Of a DNA stretch of 64,000 nucleotides, positions 57,773 to 64,000 are shown in pieces. The stretch's first letter is position 1; each line of letters starts with the position of its first letter. The notes below the pieces were generated by a model. That model saw only the letters and a program-made list of their open reading frames with translations. It searched no databases and was not told the origin of the DNA. The DNA comes from a virus: positions 64,001 through 128,000 of IMG/VR virus record IMGVR_UViG_3300020182_000010; one strand, given 5' to 3'. Both the position numbers and the translations under genes were made by a program.

Positions 57773-59191
57773 TCAAGTTTCGTCAAAAGCCGATCTAGTT
57801 TTAGTTTTCAACATTGCACGGAGAGAACTCGCTGCCTGTGTTTTTTCGAAAACAGGAGTATCATCATCTGACTTATTTAGAGTTGTTTTCTTTCTAAGTT
57901 GATCAACAACACTAGAGGGGGCACCGCTATTGCTTGGTGTGCCTGCACCAGTGCTATCTTGGTCTGGATCATCTGATATACGTAAACTGTCTCTATCAAA
58001 TAATAAACTTACTTTACTGCCGACACCAGATGATGAACGTGTTTTTAATAGTTGTAATTGATATTGTCCACGTTCACGCATAGCATTCGATGTAAAAATA
58101 CCAATCACATTATCAGCAGTTTGAATTTTACTAATGCCACCAGCAATATGAGAATGATCAAATTCAATTTCTTCAACTGCACTACGATTTAATTGTGATG
58201 CAGTTACAGTAACAGTCTGTGTTTCCATAGAAAAGTTACGCATTTCTTCTGTAACATATTTGTCTTTGGTAAAGGTGTCACCTGCTTGTACTTTTTTAGT
58301 TGCCGGCATTAACAAATCTAGATAGTCAATGCACATGCAATCTACTGTTTTGCCAGTTTGTATCTGAAGTTCTTTCAAGTAAGACCGTAGATCATTGATT
58401 GTTGAACCACTCGGAAGATACTTTATACGTAGCATACCGGACTGTTTGCCTTTCGCTTTAACTTGTAGTTCAACATCATCTAAGTCTTTAAAAATGCGTC
58501 TAGTACTGCGGTCCGTCTGCATTGCATACATACGCATACTTGAAAGTTCCTCGGATAACTCCAATGTGAAGTAGACACAATTCAACCCAGCCTCCGCCCA
58601 ATTCAGGCTCATATTTTGCATAAAAAGGGATTTACCTGCTCCGGAGCCACCTGCAAAAATCGTAATCTCCCCACGATTAATGCCACCATATAGCTTATCA
58701 TCAAGAGATTTCCAACCAGTGGTAATCTGACCATTGTTGTCTTTCATCCGTTCAAGCACACCTCTGGGATCAGCAAAATAATCTGTTCCCAAACTACGTG
58801 CCAGTCCAATTTGAACAGCCTCTTTGATTCTAAGTTCTACTTCACCATACTTGCCAGTCTCAAGTAAATCTGTGCTATCGATAATAGCCTTCTCAATAGC
58901 CTTGTGACGGCAAAATGTCTCAAACTCATCCACAAACCATTCTTCGTGCTGGGTTATGTTTTCCAACTTCTCAATGTCTTGTCCTGTTTCTGCTTTAATA
59001 ATTGCAGGATCTGGTAGTGTAGAATAGTCTTCACTATAATCAATAAGTTGTTTGACCACAGGACGGACACTGCGGTCGAAATATTCAGGCTTGATAATCC
59101 CTCTGATCCTAGTATATAGTTCAGGATTAGTCACCATGAATTGAATGAATAGTTTTTGTAAGTCTGGGCTATAATTTTTTACTTCTGACAT
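57773..59191 (-). CDS. Replicative DnaB-like helicase (T4 gp41-like)
   Basis: GGSGAGKS, TLELSE, IDYLDL, TASQLNR, KTR. Confidence 0.93.
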   Translation of the reverse strand: MSEVKNYSPDLQKLFIQFMVTNPELYTRIRGIIKPEYFDRSVRPVVKQLIDYSEDYSTLPDPAIIKAETGQDIEKLENITQHEEWFVDEFETFCRHKAIEKAIIDSTDLLETGKYGEVELRIKEAVQIGLARSLGTDYFADPRGVLERMKDNNGQITTGWKSLDDKLYGGINRGEITIFAGGSGAGKSLFMQNMSLNWAEAGLNCVYFTLELSEELSSMRMYAMQTDRSTRRIFKDLDDVELQVKAKGKQSGMLRIKYLPSGSTINDLRSYLKELQIQTGKTVDCMCIDYLDLLMPATKKVQAGDTFTKDKYVTEEMRNFSMETQTVTVTASQLNRSAVEEIEFDHSHIAGGISKIQTADNVIGIFTSNAMRERGQYQLQLLKTRSSSGVGSKVSLLFDRDSLRISDDPDQDSTGAGTPSNSGAPSSVVDQLRKKTTLNKSDDDTPVFEKTQAASSLRAMLKTKTRSAFDET

Positions 59192-59231
59192 TTGTATAGT
59201 ATATCATTTCTATGTGTAAAGGTCAACACTT

Positions 59232-60098
59232 TTAGTCAAACAGTGCTGGATTTAAATTGTTTTCTTCTTTCTTGCGTAATCGGTCTCTCTTCCATCCTTC
59301 GCGCTGCTTTTCTCGTTTTGCAAGTTCTTCTGCAGATGGTGAGATAGGCTCTGGATCAGGGACTACTTCAACTTCGTCCAATGTTGGCAAGAAAGCATCA
59401 TATGCATTCTTATTCATTTCAAATCCAACAAATTTTCTACCATATCGCAATGCAGTTCTAGGTGTAGTGAAGCCGCCACAGAATGGATCCATTACTACAT
59501 CGCCACGGTTACTACTATACAATATAAACTTTTCAATCCAATCTTCATTTAGTTGGTTCTTGTTTTTAATTTGTCCCGGCTTATGGCTACGTGGCATTGT
59601 TTGAACTGTCAGACGATCATGATAACTATCTTTACTATCTGTATAATAAGCATTAGTATTAAATGTGCGCTTTTGTTTGCTTGTTTCTGGCTTTGACCAA
59701 AACAATACATGATAGTGACTACTTACAAATTTGTTTTTTGTTGATACACCAAAACTATATTGTGCAATAATATGATTAATTTCTTTTAAGTCTGTTGAGT
59801 GCAATGCATTAAGTATATGATGCAAATTTGTATATCCACTGACAATATACATACTACCGCCTGGTCGTAAAACCCTTGCACATTCTGTAATCCATTGCCT
59901 AGAAAAATCACCGTATGTTTCTAATGGAACTTCTACATAGCCAGGAACTACGTTGCCTTCGTCACGATTATAATGTGCGTCAAGTTTATCACCCTCAATA
60001 CCATAAGGAGGATCAGTAAATATCAAATCTACTGTTCCATCTTCTATATGCTCATTGATGCCGCTAGTACAATCTTGATTATAAACTGTATGATTCAT
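59232..60098 (-). CDS. Beta-class N6-A/N4-C DNA methyltransferase
   Basis: DLIFTDPPY (motif IV) precedes VMDPFCGG (motif I). Confidence 0.9.
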   Translation of the reverse strand: MNHTVYNQDCTSGINEHIEDGTVDLIFTDPPYGIEGDKLDAHYNRDEGNVVPGYVEVPLETYGDFSRQWITECARVLRPGGSMYIVSGYTNLHHILNALHSTDLKEINHIIAQYSFGVSTKNKFVSSHYHVLFWSKPETSKQKRTFNTNAYYTDSKDSYHDRLTVQTMPRSHKPGQIKNKNQLNEDWIEKFILYSSNRGDVVMDPFCGGFTTPRTALRYGRKFVGFEMNKNAYDAFLPTLDEVEVVPDPEPISPSAEELAKREKQREGWKRDRLRKKEENNLNPALFD

Positions 60099-60145
60099 TT
60101 ACTCTCCTTAACATTTGATAATTATACTATAAATCAAATAAAATA

Positions 60146-60730
60146 TCAAGCATTTTGTATACTTTGTTTCACAGATTCAATTACCGCGCGTTGTGCTTTA
60201 CGTTTTTCATCTTTGTAATTAACTTCAACTAGTTGTGTATTTGAAATATCTTCTGGTCTAAAAATAAACTCCAATGCATCAAATGGAATGTGTGCTTCAA
60301 TGCCGTCAGATACTCCAACCAAATATGGTTTAACATCTTCAGCACTGATGATTGCAATTGCGTTCTGTTGTCCAAGCATATAAAAATCTGCAGGATTTTC
60401 AATTGTTGTGCCTTTGTTTTCACCTAAACTATTTTTTAGTTTTACTTTGACTGTCTTTTTTTGATTATTGCGTTTAGTAAACATACCATCTGTCATATAT
60501 TTAAATTCTATATCTAAATTTTCTATGATATCTCTATGGTCTCTACCGATATCATCAACCCAAACCAGCCGCCCGTCTGTTGCTGCTTCAACTGTTTGTT
60601 CAATTATATCTGCCTTATCAAATCTATCTTTGCGGTCGTTCAACTGTGATCCCAAACTATATACAACCGAACTATATACTTGTGAATTAATTACTGATTT
60701 TAATTGAGTAGCATATGTAGAAGTTTTCAT
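60146..60730 (-). CDS. PD-(D/E)xK nuclease-like protein (restriction endonuclease-like); start uncertain
   Basis: E..VE..DDIGRDH..DIEFK; the ORF-track TTG start coincides with the promoter -35 box. Confidence 0.5.
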   Translation of the reverse strand: MKTSTYATQLKSVINSQVYSSVVYSLGSQLNDRKDRFDKADIIEQTVEAATDGRLVWVDDIGRDHRDIIENLDIEFKYMTDGMFTKRNNQKKTVKVKLKNSLGENKGTTIENPADFYMLGQQNAIAIISAEDVKPYLVGVSDGIEAHIPFDALEFIFRPEDISNTQLVEVNYKDEKRKAQRAVIESVKQSIQNA

Positions 60731-60848
60731 TATCGTGTTTCCTAATATTTCAAAATGTCCCCAATAGTCTTCTGGTTCTATCTGAGTTTCGTCAAGATTG
60801 TTAAGAATATCCAACAAATCATCTCTCTGTTTATTAGCGTATACGTTC

Positions 60849-60877
60849 TTTATATAATGATTCTTATTGCTTGTCAA
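60849..60877 (-). promoter_or_regulatory. Early promoter TTGACA-N17-TATAAA with TGATTCT
   Basis: GANTC at the same offset as in the other early promoters (60858-60864). Confidence 0.75.
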
Positions 60878-60878
60878 G

Positions 60879-60904
60879 TAAAAAGAGCGCCGAAGCGCCC
60901 TTTT
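60879..60904 (-). terminator. Terminator with C(UUCG)G loop
   Basis: GGGCGC-TTCG-GCGCTC-TTTTT. Confidence 0.85.
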
Positions 60905-61118
60905 ATTTTCCTCTACTAAATCTATCTTTTGGTCTATAAAAAATCTTTTGATTATGAAATCTTCCTAGCAAATCACGAATTTCTTTTAACTCTTCGGCTA
61001 GTTTATCATCATGCTCTTCCATTAAACGTTTTGCCCTTCTGGAAACTTTTGCACTTAATGCGTTTTCTATAATTTCTAAATCCCTAACTGTTAACTTGAA
61101 ATTTTCATTCGGTTTCAT
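60903..61118 (-). CDS. Conserved hypothetical protein (start re-assigned)
   Basis: MKPNENFKLTVRDLEIIE..LLGRFHNQKIFYRPK. Confidence 0.7.
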   Translation of the reverse strand: MKPNENFKLTVRDLEIIENALSAKVSRRAKRLMEEHDDKLAEELKEIRDLLGRFHNQKIFYRPKDRFSRGK

Positions 61119-61137
61119 AGTGCTGCTACCTTGCTTT

Positions 61138-61824
61138 TTAGTATGTTTTAATAATTTTATCAGCAATTCCATGTTTAATTGCCTCTTCTGGAGTTAACCA
61201 CATATCACTTTCTGGAAGCAAGTGTTTACGAATGTAACTTTCTGTTTTGCCTGTGCATTTTTTATAATGGTCAAGCATCCGTTCTGTTGATAATTCAAAC
61301 TCTTTAACAATTGACATTAGTTCATGTTCTTTGCCTTTTGATCCCCAACTATATTGATGTGACATTACACTTGTATTTTGTGTGAGATAACGATGACCTT
61401 TTTCACCTGACATCATTAACAGAACACCACAACTTGCAATCATGCCCATTCCATATGTATATACTGGAATTTCACTTTGTTTAATTGTGTCTATAAGATG
61501 CAATGCACTATTTACAGCACCTCCTGGTGAATTAATATAAAGATGAATTATATTAGGTCTTTGTTCAGCAGGCATCATATTATATTCCATAATCATTTTG
61601 ACTAATGGCATACAATTTTCTTGATTGAATTCTTTATCCATGAATAATACACCATTATCATACAGTATTTCACCTGGCTTTTTTGGTGGCATTGGTGGCT
61701 GCGGCATCGGCATTTGTGGTGTTGCCGGTTGCTCTTTTGGTGATGGAATTACTTTTGTTTCTACTGCTGGTTTTTTCTCTGGTGTCTTTTTGGTTGTTTT
61801 CTTTTTGACTGGATTCTTTGCCAT
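61138..61824 (-). CDS. clpP: ATP-dependent Clp protease proteolytic subunit
   Basis: LYINSPGG, IASCG (Ser), MSHQ (His), DMWL..EEA..GIAD; Pro-rich propeptide. Confidence 0.92.
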   Translation of the reverse strand: MAKNPVKKKTTKKTPEKKPAVETKVIPSPKEQPATPQMPMPQPPMPPKKPGEILYDNGVLFMDKEFNQENCMPLVKMIMEYNMMPAEQRPNIIHLYINSPGGAVNSALHLIDTIKQSEIPVYTYGMGMIASCGVLLMMSGEKGHRYLTQNTSVMSHQYSWGSKGKEHELMSIVKEFELSTERMLDHYKKCTGKTESYIRKHLLPESDMWLTPEEAIKHGIADKIIKTY

Positions 61825-61842
61825 GTATTTGTATTTCCTATA

Positions 61843-62844
61843 TTATCCTAAACGCATTTTTACGTTAATTTTAGTACTATTACTTATCTTACTATCAATT
61901 ATACTCTTTAGAGTATATAACTTACCATATTTATTCACTGCATCAGCGGCGTCTTTTATATCATCTTCCCATCTTGGAAAACTAACTGACCAACCGTTTT
62001 CAATTGCTTGCTTAATTAATTTTTCACCTGCTTTATCTCTATCAGGGCTTAAAATAATATCACCTTTAAATAAATTGATATAATCTATCTGCTCCTTACT
62101 CGCCTCATTGCTCATTATAGCCACACAGTCTAATGCAGCCGCATCAAACACTCCTTCTGTTATTATTAGATACTTACGCTTACTATTAATAACATCTATA
62201 TTATATATAAAGTCTTTAGGCGTCTTCATCATGTACTTTGAATCTGCTTTACCAGTATAGTCTCTACCAGTATAACCTACTATACGTCCACCTTGGTAAT
62301 AGGGAATAATAACACGGTGTCTGAATACTGGATGTGGGCTCCAGTATATGTTATTCACATGATCATATAGTCCACGATCTATCAAGTATTTAGCACCTAA
62401 AATCGCTCTTTTATCAGGTGCGTCAATTTGTAGTATATCTTCCAATAACATACTTCCAACTGGCAATTCACAATCTTTAAATTTAGGTATTATAGTTCTA
62501 GACTTTTTACTAGCAAATGTCATTGGGCCATCTGCTAATTCTTTATCTCTAATCGCTTGTAATTGAATACGTTTTATATCACTATCAGGAATTCCCAAAT
62601 TACGCATTAGCAAAATCATTTTCTTATTAATGACTCTACCTAACTTATGTGATGCAGTAAATCCACAATTAAAACAATGATACGATATACTATCTATATC
62701 GTTTCTAATGCCGCCGCGCAATCTTGTATCATTTCTTGCTTCGCCATTATCTATGCAACAAGGGCAATTAAATGATAACCAGCCACCACTACTAGGTCTC
62801 TGAGGTCTAGGCAGACTCGAATATATAACTTCCTGTAGATTCAT
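61843..62844 (-). CDS. DNA primase (T4 gp61-like)
   Basis: CPCC..HCFNC Zn domain, TOPRIM TEGVFDA, PDRDKAG, KDAADA. Confidence 0.9.
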   Translation of the reverse strand: MNLQEVIYSSLPRPQRPSSGGWLSFNCPCCIDNGEARNDTRLRGGIRNDIDSISYHCFNCGFTASHKLGRVINKKMILLMRNLGIPDSDIKRIQLQAIRDKELADGPMTFASKKSRTIIPKFKDCELPVGSMLLEDILQIDAPDKRAILGAKYLIDRGLYDHVNNIYWSPHPVFRHRVIIPYYQGGRIVGYTGRDYTGKADSKYMMKTPKDFIYNIDVINSKRKYLIITEGVFDAAALDCVAIMSNEASKEQIDYINLFKGDIILSPDRDKAGEKLIKQAIENGWSVSFPRWEDDIKDAADAVNKYGKLYTLKSIIDSKISNSTKINVKMRLG

Positions 62845-62893
62845 AAGTTTATAATAAACTATAATATAATAATTGTCAAGTATTATTTAAAAT

Positions 62894-63829
62894 TTAAATC
62901 CACTTTGCAATTTTGCGACCACCCATTGGATATACTCCAAATCTAGCACCTTTAATACCAAAGTTATTTCTATCTTTTGAGTATCTTACCATTAATACTG
63001 GTTCAAACTCTCCTTCAAGTCTTTCCTTATTTGCATGAGATGAACCAGTTGCAACAAGTTTATTACCATCAAATTTTGGTTCACCCTGTAATACCAAATC
63101 AACATTTTGCGGTCCTGTCTTGCCGCCCCAGCCTATACCATAAATTGCAATACCGCGTAGTCTTCCATCTTTTAGTTTTCTAGCAAATGTTGAGCCTTTA
63201 ATCATTTGTCCATCAGGTGATATATCTCTGACTGCCTGTACAAATGAATCTATTTCTTCTTTAATACTTGGTATACGGTTATAAACAACCGCAAGTTCTT
63301 TATCTGAAACTCCGCCCCATTGTCCAAAGTCTTTTGCCTGAGAACCTTTTTTATGTGAAACCCAAGCAACTGCATTACCACTTGCGTCAACTGCATGAAA
63401 ATCTGATTTAGGAGTACCTGGAGTAGAAACAAACTTGGCGACCGATACAGTCCGATTACCAATGACAAGATCAATTTCTGCATTATCTTGTTTCATCTGT
63501 CCTAGCATTTTATTTATTGTTCCAAGTGCAGCATCTTCATCACGTGTAGAAAACCCTAAGCCTTTGCCACCGAACTCACTAGTTTTTTCCAAACCTGAAA
63601 GTCTCACTGTGCGACCGTCTTCTAGTTCAAACGTATCAGGAATAATACCATTTTTAAGATTATCTATAACTTCAGAATTCTTCTTAATAATTACAGATGG
63701 CTCACTTTGTCCAGCAAGAACGAAAGGCTCACCTTTTTTAATCTTGGCAATCAATGTTTGTAATCTATTGGGATTATCTTTTAAGTTTCGTTTTACAAGA
63801 GGTCCTTCTTGAAGTTCATTATATTTCAT
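62894..63829 (-). CDS. Restriction-endonuclease-like (PK.D..S.K) protein with putative capsid leader (start re-assigned)
   Basis: MKYNELQEG; LEKTSEFGG; TPKSDF..WVSHK..FGQWGG. Confidence 0.55.
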   Translation of the reverse strand: MKYNELQEGPLVKRNLKDNPNRLQTLIAKIKKGEPFVLAGQSEPSVIIKKNSEVIDNLKNGIIPDTFELEDGRTVRLSGLEKTSEFGGKGLGFSTRDEDAALGTINKMLGQMKQDNAEIDLVIGNRTVSVAKFVSTPGTPKSDFHAVDASGNAVAWVSHKKGSQAKDFGQWGGVSDKELAVVYNRIPSIKEEIDSFVQAVRDISPDGQMIKGSTFARKLKDGRLRGIAIYGIGWGGKTGPQNVDLVLQGEPKFDGNKLVATGSSHANKERLEGEFEPVLMVRYSKDRNNFGIKGARFGVYPMGGRKIAKWI

Positions 63830-63842
63830 TTGTCTCTCTCTT

Positions 63843-64000
63843 TTAATTCCGTAACATGACTTTAGATATAGAGCCACTTGTTGCAGTATATGAAATTCGT
63901 ATCCAATTAACATTGGCATTAACCATATATGCTTGAACGCCCGACTCATTATTAACTATAATATTTTTATCGTAAAATAGATTAGGCGTAAGATCGAACC
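63843..64000 (-). CDS. 3' end of a beta-rich (structural-type) protein entering from outside the window
   Basis: Open frame FDLTPN..NWIRISY..SISKVMLRN*. Confidence 0.6.
   Translation of the reverse strand, partial: FDLTPNLFYDKNIIVNNESGVQAYMVNANVNWIRISYTATSGSISKVMLRN

Noticed and set aside
60731-60877. ORF-track N-terminal extensions (here and at 3853, 14421, 21961, 49212, 61172, 63949)
   Set aside because: They run through promoters or upstream genes; downstream ATGs with RBS or translational coupling are better starts.
1-64000. Bacterial chromosome or prophage, or genome-wide stop-codon recoding
   Set aside because: Host-like genes are interleaved with T4-type replication and virion genes under phage promoters, and there is no integrase. 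Conserved genes are intact in code 11 and end normally at TAA, TAG and TGA.

Overview
A 64-kb, AT-rich, densely coding segment of a large T4-like (probably jumbo) lytic phage genome. It carries a gp41-like helicase, gp61-like primase, PAAR spike tip, GH19 endolysin and T4-type late promoters [(G/T)ATAAATA]. Several independent clues point to a marine Alphaproteobacterial host, probably Rhodobacteraceae/Roseobacter: a circularly permuted two-piece tmRNA, a split-MetH corrinoid protein, FdxA, DUF1127 proteins and APxxSxRPxxRP repeats. Main observations: (1) About ten sigma70 early promoters carry a position-fixed YGATTC(G/T) site in the -35/-10 spacer. This is the CcrM-methylated, GcrA-type GANTC motif, and it suggests host-methylation-dependent activation of early genes. 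(2) A late-promoter-driven tailoring cluster (about 23.7-32.1 kb) encodes a radical SAM enzyme, a GNAT-like protein, two TauD-fold enzymes (one with the HxA halogenase signature), five small HxD..H oxygenases, SGNH, sulfotransferase-like, APS kinase-like and nucleotidyltransferase proteins. (3) A phage-encoded translation and proteostasis kit: tmRNA (tag ANNNYAPEMALAA), ClpX, ClpP, ClpS, Hsp20 with a ROSE-like thermometer, PepA, IF3 and bS21. (4) A family of proteins with MK(I/L)x(D/E)(I/L)xxE leaders and internal hydrophobic-x-E sites that look like capsid-targeted, protease-processed injected cargo. All functional calls come from motif recognition by eye; no database searches were run.
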